A stretch of 46,783 bases of DNA from an archaeon (GTDB lineage: Archaea > Undinarchaeota > CAZHTU01 > JBDRCC01), in contig JBDRCC010000019.1 in NCBI GenBank assembly GCA_043822065.1, positions 1 through 46,783 of the forward strand. Direction: 5' to 3'. Below are positions 18,075 through 26,721 of the stretch, in pieces; position 1 is the first letter of the stretch; each line of letters opens with the position of its first letter. Under the pieces are notes generated by a model that was given only the letters and a program-made list of their open reading frames with translations, did not search any database and was not told the origin of the DNA. Position numbers and translations under genes: made by a program.

Positions 18075-18572
18075 CTAACTGACGGGACGTTTTTTGGGGG
18101 GCTTGGCAGGCTTTCCGGAGAGCTCTGACTCCTCGCTGCTTGCGGTCTCAGAATAAACTTCCTCGATTTTCGGTATCTCAAACGGCGGCTTCATGCCCTT
18201 TTTGTCGAAGTAGTTTTTCACCGCAGCACGCAGCCCGTCGGAAGCAAGGTTTGAGCAGTGCATCTTTATGGGCGGGAGGCCGCCGAGCTCGCCTGCAACG
18301 TCCTGCTTTGTGATTTTAACAGCCGCTTCAAGGGTTTTGCCCTTCGCAAGGTCGGTTATCATGCTTGATGTCGCAATCGCCGCTGCACAGCCGAATGTCT
18401 CGAACTTTATGTCGGCTATCTTGTTGTCTTTTACCTTGATGTAGATGAACATTACGTCTCCGCACACGGGGTTCCCGACCTTTCCTATCCCGTCCGGCTT
18501 CTCCATCCTGCCCATGTTGTGCGGCTTCCGGAAAAGGTCCATCACTTTTTCAGAGTAGAGTCCTGGCGTCAT
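18075..18572 (-). CDS. iscU: Fe-S cluster scaffold IscU/NifU
   Basis: YSEKVMDLF..PHNMG, GNPVCGD, FETFGCAAAIATSS, LGGLPPIKMHCSNL. Confidence 0.95.
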   Translation of the reverse strand: MTPGLYSEKVMDLFRKPHNMGRMEKPDGIGKVGNPVCGDVMFIYIKVKDNKIADIKFETFGCAAAIATSSMITDLAKGKTLEAAVKITKQDVAGELGGLPPIKMHCSNLASDGLRAAVKNYFDKKGMKPPFEIPKIEEVYSETASSEESELSGKPAKPPKKRPVS

Positions 18573-19720
18573 TTCTTGAATGGGGAAAGCTCCCTGAGCT
18601 TATCCACGACCCCCTTTACGGATTTGATTGTGAAGTCAATTTGCTCTTTTGTGTTTTCCCTGCCAATGGTTAGCCTCAGCGAGCCGTGGGCTTCCACATG
18701 GCTCAGGCCGGTTGCGAGCAGCACGTGGCTCGGCTCAAGGGATTTTGTTGAGCATGCAGAGCCGGTTGAGGCGGAAATGCCGCGGTCGTCTAAGTGCAGT
18801 ATGAGCCCCTCCCCTTCGATGTACTTGAATCGGAAGTTGGCGTTCCCAGGAAGGCGCTTCTTTGGGTGCCCGTTCAGGTGCGAGTCCTCGATTTCAAGGA
18901 TGCCTTTTATCAGCCTGTCCCGGAGTAAAGTCTCAGTTTTGATCCTGCCATCCATTTCGTTGATTGCAAGCTCGCAGGCTTTTGCGTATCCGACGATTCC
19001 TGCGACGTTTTCAGTCCCGGAGCGGAGATTTCTCTCGTGCCCGCCGCCGTGGAGTATTGGCTCGAGCTTAACTCCGTTGCGGACATAGAGCGAGCCGACG
19101 CCCTTCGGCCCGTAGAGCTTATGAGCCGAGGAAGAAAGCAGGTCGAGGTTCAGTTTCTTTACGTCGATTGGAATGTGGCCTGTGGCCTGGACTGCATCGG
19201 TGTGGAACAAAACTCCGTGCTCTCGCGCGATTTTCCCGATTTCTGAAATGGGCTCGATTGTGCCGATTTCATTGTTTGCAAGCATCACCGAAATGAGGGT
19301 TGTCTTTGGGGTGATTGCCTTCTCGACGTCGGCAGGCGAGACCAAGCCGTATTTGTCGACCGGCAGGTAGGTGATCTTGAACCCATTTTTTTCGAGGTAC
19401 TGGCAGGTGTGGAGGACTGCATGGTGCTCGATTGCGGAAGTGATTATGTGGCTGCCTTTGCCGCGGTTGGCGTATGCCGCGCCTTTGACGGCGAGATTGT
19501 CGGACTCGGTTCCGCCTGAGGTGAAACAGATTTCCTCCTGTGCGCAGTTGATGAGCTTTGCAACTGTTTTCCTTGAGGACTCGAGTGCGCCCTTCGCCTC
19601 CGAGCCCATTGAGTATAGGCTTGAGGCGTTGCCGTATTTGCCTGAGAAGTAGGGAAGCATAGCCTCTGTTACCCGGCTGTCGACTGGGGTGGTTGCGGCG
19701 TGGTCGAGGTAAACATTCAT
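18569..19720 (-). CDS. iscS: Cysteine desulfurase IscS/NifS
   Basis: Start at MNVYLDHAATTP; FTSGGTESDN, HTDAVQ, SAHKLYGPKG, RSGTENV, STGSACST. Confidence 0.95.
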   Translation of the reverse strand: MNVYLDHAATTPVDSRVTEAMLPYFSGKYGNASSLYSMGSEAKGALESSRKTVAKLINCAQEEICFTSGGTESDNLAVKGAAYANRGKGSHIITSAIEHHAVLHTCQYLEKNGFKITYLPVDKYGLVSPADVEKAITPKTTLISVMLANNEIGTIEPISEIGKIAREHGVLFHTDAVQATGHIPIDVKKLNLDLLSSSAHKLYGPKGVGSLYVRNGVKLEPILHGGGHERNLRSGTENVAGIVGYAKACELAINEMDGRIKTETLLRDRLIKGILEIEDSHLNGHPKKRLPGNANFRFKYIEGEGLILHLDDRGISASTGSACSTKSLEPSHVLLATGLSHVEAHGSLRLTIGRENTKEQIDFTIKSVKGVVDKLRELSPFKK

Positions 19721-19808
19721 AGCTGTTTTTATAACTGAGTTATATTTATAACTATTGGTGGGCATTGCTAAGAGGAACGTATAAAAATTTGCGCAGGATA
19801 GGCTTGTT

Positions 19809-20225
19809 ATGAAGTACAAGCTTCTTGAGGGGCTGACCTCGGATGTGATGTTCGAGGCGTACGGAAGCGGCTTGAAGGAGCTTTTCGCTAATTGCGCCGA
19901 GGCGCTTTTCTCCATTATGTGCAGCATCGAGGATGTTGGCGGGGACAGGGAGGTTGAAGTGTCGGTGTCCGGGGATGACGAGGAGGCCCTCCTGCACAAC
20001 TGGCTGTCCGAGCTGCTGACGAGGGCGGATACTGAAGAGATATTTCTCAAGAGGTTTGAAGTGCGGGAAATCGGGGGCGAACCGCTGTCGCTGAAGGCGG
20101 TTTGTTACGGGGAGGCGGCGTCGGTTGAGAAGGGAAGGACGTACATAAAGGCGGTAACCTACTACAAGTTCAGGATTGAAAAGACTGCAAAGGGCTACAA
20201 GGCTACGGTGGCTCTCGACATCTGA
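19809..20225 (+). CDS. Archease
   Basis: TSDVMFEAYG, ELFANCAEAL, LLHNWLSELL, IKAVTYY, VALDI; directly upstream of rtcB. Confidence 0.9.
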   Translation: MKYKLLEGLTSDVMFEAYGSGLKELFANCAEALFSIMCSIEDVGGDREVEVSVSGDDEEALLHNWLSELLTRADTEEIFLKRFEVREIGGEPLSLKAVCYGEAASVEKGRTYIKAVTYYKFRIEKTAKGYKATVALDI

Positions 20226-20254
20226 GGGGCACGCTTAAAAGATTTGTTGAGATA

Positions 20255-21709
20255 ATGGTTAGGATGAAGGAAAAACTGGAGTGGATTGACGATTTCAGGG
20301 CTAAGCTGCCGGCTGGCTCGCGCGACGGCATGCGCGTTTCTGCGGTTGCGTACGCCTCAAGGCAGCTCATGGAGGCTGCAGAGGATTCCGCAGTCGAGCA
20401 GCTGACGAACGTCGCCTGCCTGCAGGGGGTTGTCGAGCCGGTGCTCGGGATGCCTGACATGCACTGGGGGTACGGCCTGCCCATGGGCGCGGTCGGGGCG
20501 TTTGACGCGAAGGAGGGTATAATCTCCGCAGGCTGCACCGGCTTTGACATAAACTGCGGGATTCACATGCTCAGGACTGACCTCACAAAGGACGATATCA
20601 AGCCAAGGCTCAAGGAGCTTGTCGACCTGCTTTTCAGGAACGTCCCTTGCGGTGTCGGGTCAAAGGCGAAGGTCAGGCTGAACAGCTCTGAGCTGAATGA
20701 CGTCCTGCTCAACGGCGCAAGATGGGCGGTGGAGAAGGGGTACGGCACAGAGGACGACCTAAAGAGGATGGAGGAGAACGGGATGATAAAAGGCGCGGAC
20801 CCGTCAAAGGTTTCGCCGGAGGCATTGAAGCGCGGCGCGCCGCAGGTCGGGACGCTCGGCGCCGGGAACCACTTCCTTGAGGTCCAGGCCGTAAGCGACA
20901 TTTATGATGCTGAAACTGCGAAGGTCTTCGGCATCGGCAAGAAGGACCAGGTCACGATAATGGTGCACTGCGGCTCGAGGGGGTTCGGGCACCAGGTCGC
21001 ATCGGACTACCTTAAAATCCACCATGCTGCCTCGAAAAAATACGGGATAAAGCTCCCTGACCCGCAGCTTGTCTGCGCGCCTGTTGACTCTAAAGAGGGG
21101 CAGGACTATTTTGCCGCGATGAAGTGCGCGGTTAATTACGCATTTGCAAACAGGCAGATGATAGCGCACTGGATAAGGCTGAGCTTTGAGGAGATTTTCG
21201 GGAAGGACTGGGAGAGCCTCGGGATGCACACGATATACGACGTCTGCCACAACATCTGCAAGCTTGAGGAGCACACTGTCGGAGGGAAGAAACGGAAGCT
21301 TTACGTCCACAGGAAGGGCTCAACGCGGGCATTCGCCCCTGGGCACAAGGACGTGCCCGAGGTATACCGGAAGGCAGGCCAGCCCGTGCTGATAGCTGGC
21401 TCGATGGGGACTGCATCATACGTACTCAAGGGGACGGAAAGGGCGATGGAGGAGACGTTCGGCTCGACCTGCCACGGCGCCGGAAGGTGCATGAGCAGGA
21501 ACGAGGCGATGCGGAGATTCAAGGGGCAGGAAATAAAGGCGGACCTTGAAAGCAGGGGCGAGGTAATACGCGCGACGCACCCGTCAGTGCTCGCAGAGGA
21601 GTCGCCGGACGCCTACAAGGATGTTGACCTGGTCATAGAATCCGTGCACGGCGCAGGGATTTCAACCAAGGTCGCAAGGGTCGTGCCGCTCGGAGTGGCA
21701 AAGGGCTAG
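20255..21709 (+). CDS. rtcB: tRNA-splicing ligase RtcB
   Basis: MPDMHWGYGLPMG, GFDINCG, GTLGAGNHFLEVQ, HCGSRG, YDVCHN, VHRKG, GSMG, STCHGAGR, EESPDAYK. Confidence 0.96.
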   Translation: MVRMKEKLEWIDDFRAKLPAGSRDGMRVSAVAYASRQLMEAAEDSAVEQLTNVACLQGVVEPVLGMPDMHWGYGLPMGAVGAFDAKEGIISAGCTGFDINCGIHMLRTDLTKDDIKPRLKELVDLLFRNVPCGVGSKAKVRLNSSELNDVLLNGARWAVEKGYGTEDDLKRMEENGMIKGADPSKVSPEALKRGAPQVGTLGAGNHFLEVQAVSDIYDAETAKVFGIGKKDQVTIMVHCGSRGFGHQVASDYLKIHHAASKKYGIKLPDPQLVCAPVDSKEGQDYFAAMKCAVNYAFANRQMIAHWIRLSFEEIFGKDWESLGMHTIYDVCHNICKLEEHTVGGKKRKLYVHRKGSTRAFAPGHKDVPEVYRKAGQPVLIAGSMGTASYVLKGTERAMEETFGSTCHGAGRCMSRNEAMRRFKGQEIKADLESRGEVIRATHPSVLAEESPDAYKDVDLVIESVHGAGISTKVARVVPLGVAKG

Positions 21710-21997
21710 CTACCTTGCGCAGGCGCAGGGATTTGAATCGCAGTAGGTGCATTTTCCCGGGTACTTTTTCTTCAGGAGCTCCTCAAGGTCCATATCCAAA
21801 AGGTTTGCAATGGTTGCGCTCCATGCGACAACATCGGCAAGCTCCTCCTTTATGGACTCCCTGTCCTTTTTGCGGATAGCCTCGGACAGCTCGCCAACCT
21901 CCTCGACAAGCCACATGTAGGAATGGTCGACCCCGCGCTTTTCGTCCCATTCCTGGTAGAGGTCTTTTATGAGCTTCTGGAATTCTCGTATTTCCAT
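21710..21997 (-). CDS. MazG-like nucleotide pyrophosphohydrolase
   Basis: WLVEEVGELSEAIRK...EELADVVAW; C-terminal KYPGKCTYCDSNPCAC. Confidence 0.88.
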   Translation of the reverse strand: MEIREFQKLIKDLYQEWDEKRGVDHSYMWLVEEVGELSEAIRKKDRESIKEELADVVAWSATIANLLDMDLEELLKKKYPGKCTYCDSNPCACAR

Positions 21998-22000
21998 GGG

Positions 22001-22579
22001 TTAGGTAGTTTTAGAAAGCTTATCTAGGTTTTCCCGGGTGGTGCTGATGAACTGCCTGAGATAAAGCCCTGCGGCAAGAATCGGGTAAAGGGCGATCAGC
22101 GGTATGGAAAGCCCGATTGCCCAGAAGAATATCCAGCCGAACGGGCTTGATGCCCCTTGTATGAATGGGAGCGTTATGAGGAACCCAGGGATGCATAGCG
22201 CAAGGCTGAGGAAAAGGTTGTAGGGGGACGGGACAGTAAAAGATGTGTCCTTTCGGATTATTGAGTTGAATGCATAAGCCATTCCTATCCCGAATATAAG
22301 GCCGGTCGCAACGCGGAGGTGGAAGCTGCTCTCGCGCAGACCGACTAATTGGGTGAAGCCGTCAATCCCAAGCGGCACGATAAATAGGAGGAGGTATTTT
22401 GTCGTCTTCCTGTACCTGTATTCCCCAGTGATATAAAGGGAGAACAGCCCGATTAGGAAGCCAAGGTGCATGCCGACCTGGCGGGCGCAGAGCGGGAACT
22501 GGAGCCCGTTGAAGAAGTGGGAGGAGGGTATCATCTGGTGGCAGATGAAGAATCCGAGGTTGTAGATTTGCTCTATCAC
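22001..22579 (-). CDS. DUF2085-type membrane protein
   Basis: ICHQ...QFPLCARQVG, PLGIDGFTQLVGLRES...RVATGLIFG; several TM helices. Confidence 0.8.
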   Translation of the reverse strand: MIEQIYNLGFFICHQMIPSSHFFNGLQFPLCARQVGMHLGFLIGLFSLYITGEYRYRKTTKYLLLFIVPLGIDGFTQLVGLRESSFHLRVATGLIFGIGMAYAFNSIIRKDTSFTVPSPYNLFLSLALCIPGFLITLPFIQGASSPFGWIFFWAIGLSIPLIALYPILAAGLYLRQFISTTRENLDKLSKTT

Positions 22580-23025
22580 GCGTACACCTCAGAAGAGATT
22601 TCTGACATGCTGGCATCGTATGCGATGAACAGGACAGGTGCTGGCGGGTGGGGCGCTATGAAGCCGTCCCTGCTGGATTCGTGGGGGGAGACCATGACCA
22701 CCCAGATGGATGGAAGCTCGCCCTTGTCAACAGGAAGATCCAGAAGGAAATCCAAAAGCTGGTCAGAAGAGTACTTCGACATAAACTCAGCATCGCTTTG
22801 AAGGGAGCCGAGCGCCCAGAGCCCCTTGGGGGCTGGGTGAAGGACGGAGACGCGGGAGGAGGGGTATTTTTCCATGAATTGCCGGTATTCTGGAGTGGAC
22901 GCGGCATCAGCCTTCAGGTCTGAATAAAATGAGCCCAGGCGGACGGTTTCCAGGTAGGCAAGGGGGATAAAGGCAAGTATTAGGATAAGAACTGCAATTT
23001 CCTGCCAGTTTGAGTGGAACGCCAT
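22576..23025 (-). CDS. Hypothetical protein with N-terminal TM helix
   Basis: Hydrophobic IAVLILILAFIPLAYL; 4-nt overlap with the DUF2085 gene; TTATATAA just upstream. Confidence 0.55.
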   Translation of the reverse strand: MAFHSNWQEIAVLILILAFIPLAYLETVRLGSFYSDLKADAASTPEYRQFMEKYPSSRVSVLHPAPKGLWALGSLQSDAEFMSKYSSDQLLDFLLDLPVDKGELPSIWVVMVSPHESSRDGFIAPHPPAPVLFIAYDASMSEISSEVYA

Positions 23026-23090
23026 CTGGTATTAAGGGATACAGATAAATTATATAAATTGAGTGGTGATAGGATTTTGGGGGTTGGATT

Positions 23091-24701
23091 ATGACTAAGA
23101 GTTCAAAGAAAAGCAAAGACACTATAGAAAAGATAGAAACTGAGGTTCAGACCGCAGAAAAGAGGGGGATTAAGCTCCTGAAGTCTGGGGACACTGTCAA
23201 GCTCCTCTCATTTTTCCTTAATGCAATACTCATAGTTTCAATCCTGTTCATTGCGATGAGCCCGGGCGCCGCCCTTAGCGACGTCCTTAGCGGCGTTCGC
23301 GATGCCAGGCAAATGATAGAGAGCGGAGACTGCCAGGGCGCAGCAACCGCGCTTGCCGTCCTTGAGTCAAGGCTTTCACCCCCGACGGTCTCAGGCTCTG
23401 GGGAGGCGGTTGTAATGGAGGTTTATTCGGAATACCTCTGCCCGTACTGCAAGAGGTTCTCCGATGAGGTTATCGTTAAAGTGAGGGAAGACTACGCAGG
23501 CAGGGTTGAGGTTGAATACAAGAATTTCATAGTCCACCCACAGGCGCAGAAAGCCTCCGAGGCGGCTGAGTGCGCGCGAGACCAGAGCAAGTTCTGGGAG
23601 ATGCACGACATCATGTTTGAGAATCTCGGGACTGTCGATGTTGACAGCCTAAAGGGATATGCTAAGGACATCGGTCTTGATACCGAGGCGTTCAATTCCT
23701 GCCTTGACAGCGGAGAAAAGGCAGATGGGATAAACGTTGACACTGCAGAAGGCAGAAAAGCAGGAGTAAGCGGAACCCCCTCGACAGTCATAGCCGGGAA
23801 GACTATAGTCGGCGCGGTAGACTACGCGACGATAAAAGCTGAGTTGGACAAGGCGCTGACTGGAGAGGTTGAACCAGTAAAAGCGGACCCGGACTTTGAG
23901 CTGATTATACTAAATGACGCTGGATGCGAGCTGTGCGACACCACCCAGCTTGAGCAGGCGATAAAAGAACAGTTCTTCCCGACTGCGCAGATACGGACGG
24001 TCCAGTACGACTCCGCCGAGGGCAAGGCGCTTGCAGAGGAGATGGGCGTTATAGCCCTTCCGGCGCTGGTGTTCGGGGAAGAAGTCACAGAGACGCTGAA
24101 CTATGACAAGATAGCCTCCGCCATGGAAAAAGTCGGAAACAAGTACATCCTTGACCACGCCGCAGGCGGGGCAGTCATGTACCTAAACCCGCCGACCGCG
24201 GACGACGATGCGTTTGTAGGTCCGGAAGACGCAAAGGTCGTTGTGATTGAGTTCTCAGACTTCCAGTGCCCGTACTGCCAAAAGTTCAGGGCTGAAACAT
24301 TTGACCAGATAATAGCAGAGTATGGGGACCAGATTAAATTCGTATACCGGGACTTCCCGCTGAGCTTCCACGAGAACGCGCAGAAGGCTGCGGAAGCGGC
24401 GGAGTGCGCCCACGAACAGGGCAAGTTCTGGGAGATGCACGACAGCCTGTATGAGAACCAGGCGGCGCTTGCGGACGAAAACCTGAAGCAGTATGCGTCT
24501 GACATCGGGCTCGATACGGCAAAATTCAACGACTGCCTGGACACTGGCAAGTATGCTGAAGAGGTTGCTGGCGACGTGAAGGACGCCATCGCTGGCGGGA
24601 TAAGCGGAACTCCAGCATTCTTTGTGAACGGCATAAAGGTTACCGGAGCCCAGCCTTTCGAGAGCTTCAAGCAGGTAATAGACTCTGAACTTCAGAAATG
24701 A
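23091..24701 (+). CDS. Membrane-anchored multi-domain DsbA/thioredoxin-fold oxidoreductase
   Basis: TM helix, then DsbA domain (EYLCPYC...AAECARDQSKFWEMHD...GTP), middle CELC domain, and second DsbA domain (DFQCPYC...FVYRDFPL...GTP). Confidence 0.9.
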   Translation: MTKSSKKSKDTIEKIETEVQTAEKRGIKLLKSGDTVKLLSFFLNAILIVSILFIAMSPGAALSDVLSGVRDARQMIESGDCQGAATALAVLESRLSPPTVSGSGEAVVMEVYSEYLCPYCKRFSDEVIVKVREDYAGRVEVEYKNFIVHPQAQKASEAAECARDQSKFWEMHDIMFENLGTVDVDSLKGYAKDIGLDTEAFNSCLDSGEKADGINVDTAEGRKAGVSGTPSTVIAGKTIVGAVDYATIKAELDKALTGEVEPVKADPDFELIILNDAGCELCDTTQLEQAIKEQFFPTAQIRTVQYDSAEGKALAEEMGVIALPALVFGEEVTETLNYDKIASAMEKVGNKYILDHAAGGAVMYLNPPTADDDAFVGPEDAKVVVIEFSDFQCPYCQKFRAETFDQIIAEYGDQIKFVYRDFPLSFHENAQKAAEAAECAHEQGKFWEMHDSLYENQAALADENLKQYASDIGLDTAKFNDCLDTGKYAEEVAGDVKDAIAGGISGTPAFFVNGIKVTGAQPFESFKQVIDSELQK

Positions 24702-25339
24702 AGCCGCCGCTGAAGGTTAGCAAGAACCGGCTTTATGCCATAGGGACGGTCATCGCCCTGTTTGTTGTGCTGATGCTGTTCCTGCTTAGGGAGCCGAACG
24801 GAGGGGCCGGAGTGTCCGTGGCAATAAATACGCTTGACGACCCTGCAAAGGGCCCTGCGGGCGCAAACGCGACCATCATTGTGTTCTCTGACTTTGAGTG
24901 CTCGGCATGCAGGAAGTTCTACATAGTGATGAAGAATGTTGACGCAGAGTATGGGGATAGCGTAAGAGTCGTGTTCAAGGACTTCCCCATTTTGGATATC
25001 CACCCCAGCTCAATGGCTGCGGCTGAAGCGGCAGAGTGTGCTGACGAACAGGGCAAGTTCTGGGATATGCACGACAGCCTGTATGAAAACCAGTTCGCGC
25101 TCGATATGGAAAGCCTTTACCAGCATGCAGAATTCGTCGGGCTCGACATGGACAGGTTTGATACCTGCATGAAGAGCGGGATAATGGCGGTTGAAGTAAG
25201 GGGCGACATCAAGGATGGGATTGCTGCTGGCGTAAGCGCAATCCCGACTTTTTTCATCAATGGCGCCAAGTACGTTGGCGTGTACGACTACGCCAAGGTG
25301 AAGGGGATTGTAGAGCGGGCGCTAAAGACTGCTAAATAG
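24698..25339 (+). CDS. DsbA family protein with N-terminal TM anchor
   Basis: DDPAKGP, FSDFECSAC, FKDFP, AAECADEQGKFWDMHD, IPTFFING. Confidence 0.9.
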   Translation: MKPPLKVSKNRLYAIGTVIALFVVLMLFLLREPNGGAGVSVAINTLDDPAKGPAGANATIIVFSDFECSACRKFYIVMKNVDAEYGDSVRVVFKDFPILDIHPSSMAAAEAAECADEQGKFWDMHDSLYENQFALDMESLYQHAEFVGLDMDRFDTCMKSGIMAVEVRGDIKDGIAAGVSAIPTFFINGAKYVGVYDYAKVKGIVERALKTAK

Positions 25340-26602
25340 CTATTCGCCAGAAAATGCATACAGCCTGCCGTCCCTGGCAGGTATCACTAAGTAGTTGCCG
25401 AGCGATGCGGGCGAGATGCCCTTTCCGCCCAAGTCGTACTCCCAGACCTGCGTTCCGGTCGCCTTGTCTAAAAGGTATATCTTGCTGTCGTCTGTCCCAA
25501 AGGAGACATAGCCCCCCGCAGCTATTGGATCTGAGTTTATGAAATTCTTTACGTCGAACTGCCATTTCAGCGTACCTGTCTCAAAGTCAAGGGCGTAAAG
25601 CATCTTGTCCCGTGAGGGGGCGTAGACCATTGAGCCGTCCGTCGCAACCGCCCTTACGAGCCTCGGCTCGAGGTTGTAGTTAATCTGGACTGTAGAGTTA
25701 ACCGTTCCAGGGGGTGTTGTGGTGTATTTGCCCATTGTCCCAAAACCCGCATCGTACTTCCAGTTTTGAGCCCCTGAAGAGGCGTCCAAAGAGTATACGA
25801 ATCCGTCGCCTGCGCCAAATATGACAGAGCCGGAGTGGTATACTGGCGAGTGAATCTGCTGGCTCAGGCTGAACCTCCAGAGCTCGTTGCCGTTCAGGGG
25901 GTTCAGGGCAAGAAGCCCCTTGTAGTTTACCCCGATATATGCCCTGTCTTCGCCAAGGGCTGGGGAGGAGTACACATCAGAGCCGGCTTCGAACGCCCAC
26001 ACAAGCTGGCCTGTGTCGGCGTTAAGGCCGAATATCACGTCGGATGCTGCGTTTGCAGAGATTAAGATAGACTCGTAGAGGGCAGGTGCGGAGTGGACCT
26101 TTGCGCCGGAGTCGTGCTTCCATATCATCGTGCCAGTGCCCTTGTCAACTGCGTAAACATCCCCGCTTAGGGAGCCAACATAGACCTGGTTTTCAGTGAC
26201 GGTTGGCTTCGTAGTGAGCTTGTAATCGGTTGCAAACTCCCAGATAAGCTCGCCTGTTTCCAGGCTGTATGCCTGAAGCCGCCGGTAGTCCGAGGAGACA
26301 TAAACAACGCCGTCTTCTATCGTTGGAGGGTTTATCCAGCCGATTGAGGCAGACGGAAGGACTATCGCCATCCAGACAAGATTGAGCGGAGGAGTAAGGG
26401 CTTCGGGAATAGCCGCTTCGGGGGCTGACTCTGGCAGAGCTGGTGCCTCTGGCGGCTCTAACGCCTGATCTGATGGAAGGGTGCCGACGCCCTCTTCAGA
26501 TATTGCGTCCCCAGCTATATCCTCTGCAGTCTGCCCATCGGGAGGCTGCTGGACGCAGCCTAAGACAAGGAGGATGAGCAGAATCGGCAATAGTTTCCTC
26601 AT
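25340..26602 (-). CDS. PQQ-like/BamB-type beta-propeller surface protein with lipobox-like signal
   Basis: Start MRKLLPILLILLVLGC; Pro/Glu linker; repeated YAxDxxTGxxxW blades. Confidence 0.85.
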   Translation of the reverse strand: MRKLLPILLILLVLGCVQQPPDGQTAEDIAGDAISEEGVGTLPSDQALEPPEAPALPESAPEAAIPEALTPPLNLVWMAIVLPSASIGWINPPTIEDGVVYVSSDYRRLQAYSLETGELIWEFATDYKLTTKPTVTENQVYVGSLSGDVYAVDKGTGTMIWKHDSGAKVHSAPALYESILISANAASDVIFGLNADTGQLVWAFEAGSDVYSSPALGEDRAYIGVNYKGLLALNPLNGNELWRFSLSQQIHSPVYHSGSVIFGAGDGFVYSLDASSGAQNWKYDAGFGTMGKYTTTPPGTVNSTVQINYNLEPRLVRAVATDGSMVYAPSRDKMLYALDFETGTLKWQFDVKNFINSDPIAAGGYVSFGTDDSKIYLLDKATGTQVWEYDLGGKGISPASLGNYLVIPARDGRLYAFSGE

Positions 26603-26721
26603 GGCATCAGTTAAGGGGCTGGTATTTAATAAATTTTCTAAGGGCAAAATAAGACGGGGCGTGAGGTAGGAAACGTTTTTATAGGGTAACCCCTTAAGCA
26701 TGAGACTTGGGGGTTTTTCAA

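Noticed and set aside
18051-18086. CTKDAEVYLTDG looks like an intein block A fragment
   Set aside because: Spacing is off by one, and the TDG part is the antisense of the iscU C-terminus; no other intein blocks.
19721-20050. 110-aa N-terminal extension of IscS in the ORF track
   Set aside because: Overlaps the divergent archease gene and the AT-rich promoter; the family start is MNVYLDHAAT.
19809-21709. Archease-rtcB as a novel RNA repair system
   Set aside because: A well-known conserved pairing; no intein or unusual partner seen.
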